From positions 31,572 through 95,571 of the IMG/VR virus record IMGVR_UViG_3300032288_004022: 64,000 nucleotides of DNA, one strand, 5' to 3'. The notes beneath the pieces are model-generated. The model was not told where the DNA came from, did no database searches, and worked only from the letters and a program-made list of their open reading frames with translations. A program made the translations under genes and the position numbers. This DNA comes from a virus. Within the stretch, counting starts at the first letter, position 1. Each line of letters starts with the position of its first letter. Below are positions 56,213 to 64,000 of the stretch, piece after piece.

Positions 56213-56667
56213 TGAAAATTGGATTGAGTTACAGTCGTTGTGTTCGTGACATTGTTGACGGCCGAGTAGACATCAACGATGTGCTGGTCATTGTTGCTCG
56301 CACTGACTTTGATCCGCATGATGATGCACAGTGGTCGGGCATTTGGGCTGGCTATGGGGGCGGAACTGACAATGGTCACACCCGTGGCTTCTTTAGTCAT
56401 AGCAATCCAGAATGGGCTGGCTACAAAGACGAAGATCAGTTCCGTAGCATTACTATTGAACTACACAATACTGGTAGAATGCATCAACCACGACAGTTTG
56501 GCGCACATCCTCATCGACTGCCTTACTACTGGCTGGAATCAGTGTTGCCCAGTGAAGAACTTGAACAGCGACCAGCTGTGAAAGAAGCATGGGACCGATT
56601 TCAGGTCTTGGCTGGACTTAGCTCAATCAAAGTAGATCAACTTGAACATGAAAAAAATATTCTATGA
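56212..56667 (+). CDS. Hypothetical protein
   Basis: MKIGLSYSRCVRDI..., HQPRQFG. Confidence 0.75.
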   Translation: MKIGLSYSRCVRDIVDGRVDINDVLVIVARTDFDPHDDAQWSGIWAGYGGGTDNGHTRGFFSHSNPEWAGYKDEDQFRSITIELHNTGRMHQPRQFGAHPHRLPYYWLESVLPSEELEQRPAVKEAWDRFQVLAGLSSIKVDQLEHEKNIL

Positions 56668-57106
56668 AAAACGTGGACGCCGGTATCATCCTGTATATGA
56701 GTACGATAGTGATCTTTTGGACAGTTTCCCTAAAGGTAGTCACCTTGTCATCGTATACCCCGGGGGTACATCCCGTAGGTTTAACATTCAACCTAACCAT
56801 GCCGCGCTGATTGCAGCCGGACGGGTGGCCGAAGATGCTATGTGTACAGCAATTCGCGAAGCCAGCGAAATGCGCCCGCAACGCACACCTATCACAGAAG
56901 GTCAGCAACGAGCTTGGAAAAAGTTGGCCCGAGAGTTTGGTAACGACCTGGCCACTTTAAATATAGGTAGCGCCCGGGACATTGCAGATGCAGGCCTGGC
57001 CGCATTGCAGGCGGAAGCAGATAAATTAATGCAACACGAGAGTGTGAGAAACGCATACGAACAATTCCTGTTGGTATGTGAATTAACCAAGAAGGAGAAA
57101 GAATGA
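56648..57106 (+). CDS. Hypothetical protein
   Basis: Overlapping ORF in the operon. Confidence 0.7.
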   Translation: MKKIFYEKRGRRYHPVYEYDSDLLDSFPKGSHLVIVYPGGTSRRFNIQPNHAALIAAGRVAEDAMCTAIREASEMRPQRTPITEGQQRAWKKLAREFGNDLATLNIGSARDIADAGLAALQAEADKLMQHESVRNAYEQFLLVCELTKKEKE

Positions 57107-57795
57107 TGTACGCATCAACTATTGACAATTATAGAGACGCCGCCGGCGTAAACCAAGCCATGGGCCGTGTGTATGGACATATGGCGCTGGCTGTGCTGAC
57201 CAGCATGCTGGTGTCCATGTTTGTGGGCATGAGTCCAGAACTGGTTGAGTTTTTCTTTACCGGCATCATGAAGTGGGTAGTGATCTTTGCACCCTTGGTG
57301 GCAGTATTTGGTGTCACCATGGTGCTGGGCAACAACCCCAGCAAAGGTGTTGCACAACTGTGCCTACATGGTTTTGCGGCACTCATGGGCTTGAGCTTTG
57401 CAATGATCTTTGTGATCTTTACCATGGGATCAATCTTTACTGCGTTCATGGGTGCGGCTGTGTTGTTTGGCACCATGAGTGCGTATGGATACTTTACCAA
57501 ACAAAGTCTTGACTCAGTGGGCAAGTATGCCTTTGTTGCTTTGATCGCCATCTGCATTGCCAGTATCATTAATATCTTTATTGGCAGCACCGTGATGCAG
57601 ATGGTGATCTCCGCACTGGCAATCATTATCTTTCTAGCACTTACTGCATATGACACACAGCAAATACGCGAGATGGTGTCAAATGGCGATGCCACTGAGG
57701 CCGACGAAGTGTCTGGAGCACTGACACTGTATCTGGACTTTATTAACCTGTTCATTAATCTACTCCAGCTGTTTGGACTTAAAAAGGACGACTAA
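57103..57795 (+). CDS. Bax inhibitor-1/YccA family membrane protein
   Basis: About 7 TM segments, TAYDTQ, ALTLYLDFINLF. Confidence 0.92.
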   Translation: MMYASTIDNYRDAAGVNQAMGRVYGHMALAVLTSMLVSMFVGMSPELVEFFFTGIMKWVVIFAPLVAVFGVTMVLGNNPSKGVAQLCLHGFAALMGLSFAMIFVIFTMGSIFTAFMGAAVLFGTMSAYGYFTKQSLDSVGKYAFVALIAICIASIINIFIGSTVMQMVISALAIIIFLALTAYDTQQIREMVSNGDATEADEVSGALTLYLDFINLFINLLQLFGLKKDD

Positions 57796-57796
57796 C

Positions 57797-58180
57797 ATGC
57801 CTACCTGGATTCTTCGCACTGCTGAAAAGAAAAACGTTGAAGAAGTTGAATTCTGGTCCAAGGACGGACAAACAATCAAACGTAGCACTGGATTTCGTTG
57901 GGGCACGGTTTATTGTGAAAGCGATGAAAGACCCGACATTGATTTAGAAAATCCAGATGGACTTGAAGTATTTGCCACCGACTATGATTTTGAACTTGAC
58001 AGTTTAGATGATGGTTGCTGGGCAGATGTTGAGTATCCCGACGGCATGAGTGAAGAAGAACAAGAACGCATGGACGAACTCTGGGATGAAGAGTCGTATG
58101 ATGGTTGGGAAAACGAAGGTTGGATCAATACTGACACAGAAACTTGGTTCTATGGTCCGCTGACTCTAGAGGAACAATGA
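57797..58180 (+). CDS. Acidic hypothetical protein
   Basis: AAGGA RBS; D/E-rich. Confidence 0.7.
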   Translation: MPTWILRTAEKKNVEEVEFWSKDGQTIKRSTGFRWGTVYCESDERPDIDLENPDGLEVFATDYDFELDSLDDGCWADVEYPDGMSEEEQERMDELWDEESYDGWENEGWINTDTETWFYGPLTLEEQ

Positions 58181-59088
58181 TGTCCAAAATTGAAGAACAG
58201 GAAAAACTGTTACAAGCACTCAAATTCACTCCGCGCACCTACAAGATTCAACTGTGGGGCTATGGTGGCGAGCATGTAATGGGCACAGTGGATCGCAAGA
58301 TATATGATTACTTCCGTGGTCGCAGACTCAGTGTGCCAGACTATGCCTGGGGAGGGTATGATGGGGAAGTGCCCGAAGACATGCAACCATTCTATCCTGG
58401 AGCGTGGCACGACTGCGATGACATGGGGCATGCATGGGGCGTGGATGTCAATGCTGGACATCTGCAGATTCTGGACGAAAATGAAAACATTGTTTATGAG
58501 CGTGAACTGTCGGATCTTGACGGTTGCGATGTGCAACTCAGCACCATAGAAGAAGTTTGGATTGATCAAAAAGAACCTGGCACTGTGGTGTTCTACGGAT
58601 ACACCTCTGACAAGGGCTCATTCTTTGAAGCAGACATTGAACTTCGACAACCGTTTGACCCTGAAAAACTACTGATAAAAATTTCAGATTTTGACAGCAA
58701 CGAGATTGTTGTGGGTGCAGAATACGACGGCGAAGAGCTGGACAATTATGGTGGCGACACCAACGGCAAAAGTTCTGAGTATGCGTTCTACGTTGCAGGG
58801 TCAAACCAAGGCAAGGGCTACGAACGCTATCGCGACATGGATGACATCCAGTATGGACTGACTGACTGGTTCCCGGCCAAAATTGATCCGGTAAGGCCGG
58901 GCAAATACAATGTTCACACTCAAGATGGACATGAGTATCAGGCCAGTTGGAATGGCACGTTTTGGTACAACGAATGGAACGATAAAGAGTCCTTGAAAAT
59001 TAAAAAATGGCAGGGTGTGGCCTATGATCCTGACGAACAAGATCTTCGCGAAGATTTAGACAAAATCATTTTAGAATTTAACAGTTAA
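58177..59088 (+). CDS. Acidic hypothetical protein
   Basis: GAGG RBS; GYGGE, KGSFF motifs. Confidence 0.75.
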   Translation: MMSKIEEQEKLLQALKFTPRTYKIQLWGYGGEHVMGTVDRKIYDYFRGRRLSVPDYAWGGYDGEVPEDMQPFYPGAWHDCDDMGHAWGVDVNAGHLQILDENENIVYERELSDLDGCDVQLSTIEEVWIDQKEPGTVVFYGYTSDKGSFFEADIELRQPFDPEKLLIKISDFDSNEIVVGAEYDGEELDNYGGDTNGKSSEYAFYVAGSNQGKGYERYRDMDDIQYGLTDWFPAKIDPVRPGKYNVHTQDGHEYQASWNGTFWYNEWNDKESLKIKKWQGVAYDPDEQDLREDLDKIILEFNS

Positions 59089-59091
59089 TTC

Positions 59092-59120
59092 TTGACATCG
59101 CGCCGCGATCCATGTATAAT
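59092..59120 (+). promoter_or_regulatory. Perfect sigma70 consensus promoter
   Basis: TTGACA-17-TATAAT. Confidence 0.85.
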
Positions 59121-59125
59121 TACTG

Positions 59126-59401
59126 TGTGCATGGACAAAGAGATTGGGCTGTTCAATGGCCAGGTAGGGTGATTCGATAACCTAGGCCTACCAGGCACCG
59201 TGGCATGTGAACAGAAGTCCCGTAGGTTGCGACAAAGACCTCGGTCTGGCAACAGACCAAAACCCAGGCTGGAACCCCGGGGGTATGCCAAGAGGAAAAA
59301 ATCTAGTAAGGTTGTGTATATGACTGTTAACATCGAGGCCTCTACGTCGAGTATGCCGACATCAATTGACTCGCTTAAAGAAACGCCTTTGCCCATGCAC
59401 A
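59126..59401 (+). ncRNA. Candidate ~275-nt structured RNA (unassigned class)
   Basis: 14/15-bp closing helix starting at the predicted TSS; nested helices; GCAA tetraloop hairpin. Confidence 0.6.
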
Positions 59402-59637
59402 AATTATTTTTTGAACTGTCTACCATCAGTCAATGGTATGCTATCATGCGAGAAGCACGAGCACAGTTTGGCAAAAATTGGCGCAGTCAAAGTCATGTCA
59501 AACGCAGACTTGACCGTATACTGTATAAAGATAACCTGGCCACAGAGCGTGTTTGGTTTGAGGTGCCAGATCCCAAATTTGGTACCTGGGTCGCCATTAA
59601 ACATGCTGTTAGACAGGTAGCGGCCACTAATAAATAA
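59320..59637 (+). CDS. Hypothetical protein (start uncertain: 59320 or 59395)
   Basis: Protein-like C-terminal part WYAIMREAR..FGKNWR..VWFEVPD. Confidence 0.6.
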   Translation: MTVNIEASTSSMPTSIDSLKETPLPMHKLFFELSTISQWYAIMREARAQFGKNWRSQSHVKRRLDRILYKDNLATERVWFEVPDPKFGTWVAIKHAVRQVAATNK

Positions 59638-59643
59638 ATTTCT

Positions 59644-61092
59644 ATGATATTTGGTTTTGCTATTTTGGCCACTGCTCTTTTATTGAGCGCGGTGGCTGCC
59701 TATTACTCTGTGGCTGGCCTGGTTGCTATATTTTCTGCGGCAACTATTCCTGTGATCATCATGGGTGGCTCATTGGAACTGGGCAAGATTGCAGCCACTG
59801 TGTGGTTGCACAACAATTGGCGCCGTGCAGGGTGGGCCTTCAAAGTGTATCTTGTGCCAGCAGTGGCATTTTTAATGCTGTTGACCAGCATGGGTATATT
59901 TGGATACCTATCAAAAGCACACAGTGATCAAAGCTTAGTAAGTGGAGATGTTGTTAGCAAAATTGCAATCTATGATGAAAAGATCAAGACCGAAAAAGAA
60001 AACATTGAAGCAAACCGTAAGGCACTTAAACAGATGGATGAAGGAGTGGACTCGGTACTGGGCCGCTCAACAGATGAAAAAGGTGCCGACAAAGCAGTGG
60101 CTCTGCGTCGCGCCCAGCAGAAAGAACGTGCTAGACTTCAAGCTGAAATATCACAGTCGCAAAAGTCTATTGCGGAACTTAACGATGCCCGTGCGCCTAT
60201 TGCCGCCGAAGTACGCAAAGTTGAAGCCGAAGTTGGTCCCATAAAATACATTGCGGCCCTGCTGTACGGGGACAACCCTGATGACAATCTACTAGAACGT
60301 GCAGTGCGTTGGATGATCATAATGATTGTGTTGGTGTTTGATCCCCTGGCCTTGACATTGATTCTGGCCGCCAACAAACAGTTTGAGTGGGCACGTCAAG
60401 GCACCGGTGGATTTATTCACGATGAGTCTGTGCCCAAGTACGAGCCCGATGATGGCCCACTAACCAAACAACAACTTGAAACCCTGCGCGAGGTCGCAAA
60501 GACAGAGCCTCCAACGCAGGAACCACCCCCACATAGTTCTGACACACATCCTTATTTGACACAGGGTTTTCAATATCCGCCGGGTTGGATGTTTCATCCA
60601 CCCATGGTGGCCAAATCTGACGAAGTGACACCATGGGAAGACCATGAAGAAATAGGATCTGAAAACCAGGAACTCAAAGCAGCCATCAAGCAATGGAAGG
60701 CTGACAACCCTGATGACACAATAAAAAATCAACGATCCAAATTTATACGAGGTGAAATTAACGAATTGCCTTGGATGCGTCTGGTAGCTGACAATGCCAA
60801 ACCAGAAAACCGCACTGGTTTTGGCACAAGTTTTCCAGAAACCGCCAACAAAGGCGATTCGTTTGTGCGAGTAGACATTGTGCCCAATGTTGTGTACAAA
60901 TTCAATGGGACAAACTGGATTGCGGTTGACAAAAACCTCAGCGACAGTTACACTTATGATTCAGCGTATATCGAACACCTGGTGAACAAAATAAGCACAG
61001 GCGAATATGATCCCGAATTGTTGAGCAACAGCGAACGTCAACAGTTAGAAAATTATCTACAAACCAACAAGGCAAACAATGAAATCAAATGA
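59644..61092 (+). CDS. Membrane protein with a coiled-coil domain
   Basis: 3 N-terminal TM segments, GIFGYLSKAH, coiled coil, EVGPIKY, TM with FDPLA; TAAATA upstream. Confidence 0.75.
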   Translation: MIFGFAILATALLLSAVAAYYSVAGLVAIFSAATIPVIIMGGSLELGKIAATVWLHNNWRRAGWAFKVYLVPAVAFLMLLTSMGIFGYLSKAHSDQSLVSGDVVSKIAIYDEKIKTEKENIEANRKALKQMDEGVDSVLGRSTDEKGADKAVALRRAQQKERARLQAEISQSQKSIAELNDARAPIAAEVRKVEAEVGPIKYIAALLYGDNPDDNLLERAVRWMIIMIVLVFDPLALTLILAANKQFEWARQGTGGFIHDESVPKYEPDDGPLTKQQLETLREVAKTEPPTQEPPPHSSDTHPYLTQGFQYPPGWMFHPPMVAKSDEVTPWEDHEEIGSENQELKAAIKQWKADNPDDTIKNQRSKFIRGEINELPWMRLVADNAKPENRTGFGTSFPETANKGDSFVRVDIVPNVVYKFNGTNWIAVDKNLSDSYTYDSAYIEHLVNKISTGEYDPELLSNSERQQLENYLQTNKANNEIK

Positions 61093-62293
61093 CACTATTG
61101 ACACATGCAGTTTTTGTGGCAAACACAAAGATGCGGTTGCTAAACTCATTGTTGGCGAAAGTGTTGCAATTTGTAATGAGTGTGTGGAACTTTGCGAAAC
61201 ACTGCTTGCAGATGAAAGCATAGTCAAACCAACAGACTCAGTTGAACTTGATCCACAAGCCATCAAAGAACATCTTGACCAGTATGTGGTCGGGCAAGAT
61301 CGAGCCAAACAGGTGTTGAGTGTGGCAGTGGTAAATCACTACAAACGTATTGCCAATCCTGATCCCAATGTAGAAATTGAAAAGTGTAACATTTTGATGT
61401 TTGGGCCCACTGGATCAGGAAAAACATTGTTGGCTCGCAGTGTGGCACGTTATCTTGATGTACCATTTGTGATTGCCGACGCCACCAGTTTGACCGAAGC
61501 AGGCTATGTGGGCGACGATGTTGAAAGTTTGATTTCGCGACTGTTTGCGGCCGCCAATGGTGACGTGGCCAAGACTCAACGTGGCATTGTGTTCATTGAC
61601 GAAATTGACAAAATTAGTCGTAGAAGTGAGAGTGCCAGTATCACACGCGACGTCTCAGGCGAAGGTGTGCAGCAGGCCCTGCTGAAATTGGTGGAGGGCA
61701 CCAAGTGCAGAGTCACCCCCACTGGTAATCGCAAGCACCCATCGGGCGAAATGATCGAAATTGACACCACAAACATTTTGTTCATTGCTGGTGGTGCATT
61801 TGTGGGACTGGAAGCTGTGGTCAAAAATCGAGTGCGCGGCACCAGCATTGGATTTGGAGCCAAGGTAAATTCTGATGTCAACACCAATTTGGATCAAGTT
61901 ACACCAGATGACTTGATCAAGTTTGGAATGATCCCGGAGTTTATTGGACGCTTCCCTGGCTGGGTAGCACTCAAGGAACTCAGCAAAGAAGATCTCATTC
62001 GTATTTTATTGGATGTCAAGCACAGTTACATCCAGCAGTATTCGTGGTTGTTTGGACAAGATCGAGTTGAACTAGAATTCAGTCCCGAAGCCTTGGAATT
62101 GATTGCTGATCGCACTATTTTAAACAAAACTGGCGCTAGGGGCCTGCACAGCGAACTAGAGCGGGTGCTGCTACCACACATGTTCTATTTGGCACAGTAT
62201 CGTCGGCAAGGAATTGACCGGGTGATCATTGATGCCGACCAGGTAAATACTCCTATAGAACTCAAGGAAGCAAATGCAAAAACTCAGGGGTAG
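61079..62293 (+). CDS. clpX: ATP-dependent Clp protease ATPase subunit ClpX
   Basis: CSFC/CNEC zinc finger, GPTGSGKT, GYVG, RDVSGEGVQQALLK, RKHP, IGF, GARGL. Confidence 0.95.
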   Translation: MKSNDTIDTCSFCGKHKDAVAKLIVGESVAICNECVELCETLLADESIVKPTDSVELDPQAIKEHLDQYVVGQDRAKQVLSVAVVNHYKRIANPDPNVEIEKCNILMFGPTGSGKTLLARSVARYLDVPFVIADATSLTEAGYVGDDVESLISRLFAAANGDVAKTQRGIVFIDEIDKISRRSESASITRDVSGEGVQQALLKLVEGTKCRVTPTGNRKHPSGEMIEIDTTNILFIAGGAFVGLEAVVKNRVRGTSIGFGAKVNSDVNTNLDQVTPDDLIKFGMIPEFIGRFPGWVALKELSKEDLIRILLDVKHSYIQQYSWLFGQDRVELEFSPEALELIADRTILNKTGARGLHSELERVLLPHMFYLAQYRRQGIDRVIIDADQVNTPIELKEANAKTQG

Positions 62294-62498
62294 ATCAGTA
62301 CTGGTGCAAGACGGGCAAGTAGAAAAAGCCCTGCGCAAGTTCAAAAAGAAAATTCAAGATTCTGGAATTTTGAATGATGTTCGTGATCATGAGTTTTATG
62401 TCAAGCCCACCACTCGCCGCAAACTCAAGGCCAGTGCCGCTCGAAATCGCTGGCGTAAAAAACTAGCAGATCAACAGTTGCCCAAAAAACTCTACTGA
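62274..62498 (+). CDS. rpsU: Ribosomal protein bS21
   Basis: VEKALRKFKKK...G, EFYVKPT..RK. Confidence 0.88.
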   Translation: MQKLRGRSVLVQDGQVEKALRKFKKKIQDSGILNDVRDHEFYVKPTTRRKLKASAARNRWRKKLADQQLPKKLY

Positions 62499-62761
62499 TG
62501 TACATAGAATTCCAACTGCCCACGGGTGCAGGGGGAATGACTGCACAATACACAAACTCAGTACTCAACCGTAATCTTCATGCATGGAGTGATCGTTACG
62601 GCATTCCTTACAACAAGAAAATACACAAATGGACTGTGAGAGTCACGTTTGACAACGAAGAAAACTACAGTTTTTTCGCTCTGACCTGGAACCCCACAAG
62701 TGAAAATGTGTTGAGCTATCTTACCAATTATCGTTTGATAGAACCCATGAATCGTGTATAA
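62498..62761 (+). CDS. Hypothetical protein
   Basis: TGATG-coupled ORF. Confidence 0.7.
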   Translation: MYIEFQLPTGAGGMTAQYTNSVLNRNLHAWSDRYGIPYNKKIHKWTVRVTFDNEENYSFFALTWNPTSENVLSYLTNYRLIEPMNRV

Positions 62762-62771
62762 TAAATAACTG

Positions 62772-62829
62772 TGTAGTGCCCATGGTGGGGCTACATTACA
62801 AGTCATCTTGCTTATAAAGGAGAAAACAA
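62772..62829 (+). promoter_or_regulatory. ROSE-like RNA thermometer in the hsp20 leader
   Basis: 5' hairpin plus TCTTGCTT pairing with the AAGGAGA SD with a bulged G. Confidence 0.6.
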
Positions 62830-63288
62830 ATGACAAAAACTCTCACTCTTCGTAGTTTCGACATTCCCGCACTCACCAAATTTGGTATCGGTTTTGATAA
62901 CATGTTTGATGAACTCATGCGTGTGAGTGCTCAACAATCCAGCACAAACTATCCACCTTACGACATTGTACAAGTCAACGACGATGAGTACATGATCAGT
63001 GTAGCTGTGGCCGGATTTGGGCACGACGATCTCACAGTGACCAAGGACAAAAAGTTCTTGATCATTGAAGGCAAGCACAGCCGTGAAACTGTGGAGAATG
63101 AAGATAGCACTGCAAAATACTTGCACAAAGGTATTAGTGAAAGAAGTTTTCGCAGAGAATTCCAACTTGCAGACCATGTGGAAATCAGCAATGCTCACCT
63201 TGAGCTAGGCATTCTAAGCGTACATCTCAAGCGAGAAGTGCCCGAGGAAGCCAAGCCTAAAACTATTGCTATCACTTACGCTTCCTAA
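62830..63288 (+). CDS. Small heat shock protein (Hsp20/IbpA-like)
   Basis: IGFD, NYPPYDI, AVAGF, YLHKGISERSFRREF, GIL. Confidence 0.95.
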   Translation: MTKTLTLRSFDIPALTKFGIGFDNMFDELMRVSAQQSSTNYPPYDIVQVNDDEYMISVAVAGFGHDDLTVTKDKKFLIIEGKHSRETVENEDSTAKYLHKGISERSFRREFQLADHVEISNAHLELGILSVHLKREVPEEAKPKTIAITYAS

Positions 63289-63346
63289 TATAATAGCGTA
63301 AATACAGTAGCGGCACGGTGCCGCTACTGAACAACAAGGAACTGAA

Positions 63347-63658
63347 ATGGCACAGAGCGATACAAGAACACGAATCAAGCCTGCTGAAGACTTAAAAGAA
63401 CCACCAATGTACCGTGTTGTATATCTCAATGATAATCAAACAACCTACGAATTTGTGGTGGAAACACTGATGGAATATTTTGATTACAACGTAGAAACTG
63501 CTGAGACCATCACAAAAGACATCCATGAAGAAGGATCAGCTTGTGTGGCAGTGTTGCCTTACGAAATTGCCGAACAAAAAGGTGTTGAGGTAACCATGTT
63601 GGCACGAGCTCAAAACTACCCACTGCAGGTCAGAGTTGAGCCCGAAAGCGTAATTTAA
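63347..63658 (+). CDS. clpS: ClpS N-degron adaptor
   Basis: PPMYRVVYLNDNQTTYEFVV, IHEEG, YEIAEQK, YPL. Confidence 0.92.
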   Translation: MAQSDTRTRIKPAEDLKEPPMYRVVYLNDNQTTYEFVVETLMEYFDYNVETAETITKDIHEEGSACVAVLPYEIAEQKGVEVTMLARAQNYPLQVRVEPESVI

Positions 63659-64000
63659 AAATCCACAACTATTCTCTTGGGATAATACACCGATTTGGCA
63701 TGCGGTGTATTTCCTCGCCCGCGGCAGTTGTTGACAAAACGAATACCACCTCGAACCTGATCCACGTCACCATGATAGTGACCAAAGCACCAGGTATGTA
63801 ACTTGTTTTCGGTGTCTGCGGCAGCGGCCTGCATCATGAGTCGATTGCCCATGGTGTTGAATTTCATGCTTCCGTCGAGTTCTATATCATGTGCGATCAG
63901 CGCAGGATCAGGTACTGTGTGAGTGACCATGACGATCTTTTTTACATCTTTGTGAGTTTGTAACCTGCTGACACTGGACAACATGTAACTGGCATCGGTA
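63655..64000 (-). CDS. Calcineurin-like metallophosphoesterase, C-terminal part (runs off the window)
   Basis: VMVTH.VP, WCFGHYH, NNCRG. Confidence 0.75.
   Translation of the reverse strand, partial: TDASYMLSSVSRLQTHKDVKKIVMVTHTVPDPALIAHDIELDGSMKFNTMGNRLMMQAAAADTENKLHTWCFGHYHGDVDQVRGGIRFVNNCRGRGNTPHAKSVYYPKRIVVDF

Noticed and set aside
59200-59319. N-terminal extension of the ORF as given in the track (MACEQKSRR...)
   Set aside because: No RBS, non-protein-like composition, and it overlaps the most structured part of the candidate RNA
59126-59401. Circularly permuted RNase P RNA (AACAGAAG at ~59210 and GAGGAAA at ~59292 recall conserved regions V and I)
   Set aside because: The GAAAGUCC/GGCUU P4 sequences are missing and the matches are short; kept only as an unassigned RNA
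59126-59401. Retron msr-msd (terminal inverted repeats)
   Set aside because: No reverse transcriptase anywhere in the window
1-64000. Stop-codon reassignment, introns or inteins in core genes, tRNA genes
   Set aside because: Core genes are full length and uninterrupted in code 11; no tRNA cloverleaf was seen by eye (tRNAscan not run)

Overview
A 64 kb segment of a large, lytic, T4-like (myovirus-type) tailed phage genome in the standard genetic code, densely coding and mostly on the + strand. The host is probably a beta- or gammaproteobacterium (inferred from the IscU/IscA, ClpX, AceA and OMP-type proteins). It carries T4-superfamily replication and recombination genes (gp32 SSB, UvsX, UvsY, UvsW, clamp-loader-like subunit, primase, gp41/DnaB helicase, DNA ligase, NrdAB/glutaredoxin, dCMP deaminase). 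There is an ~11.6 kb glycosylation island next to metK, a block of probable internal head proteins, tail/baseplate proteins and PAAR. Many host-like auxiliary genes are present: metK, iscU/iscA, aceA and dadA inside the nrdAB operon, a YccA/BI-1 protein, an OMP beta-barrel, clpX, clpS, hsp20 and ribosomal protein bS21. Two promoter classes are visible: sigma70-type TTGACC-17-TATAAT and T4-late-like TAA(A/G)TA. The main leads are: (i) a promoter-driven ~275-nt multibranched structured RNA at 59126-59401 that I cannot assign to a known class; (ii) a 3'-UTR hairpin whose loop is antisense to the GGAGCC ribosome-binding site shared by all the early-cassette genes, alongside many apparently leaderless genes and a phage bS21, suggesting a translational early/late switch; (iii) a 183-aa miniature DnaE-like polymerase core; and (iv) a probably virion-packaged nucleotidyltransferase/ligase-like fusion protein. 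All calls come from motif reading; no searches were run.
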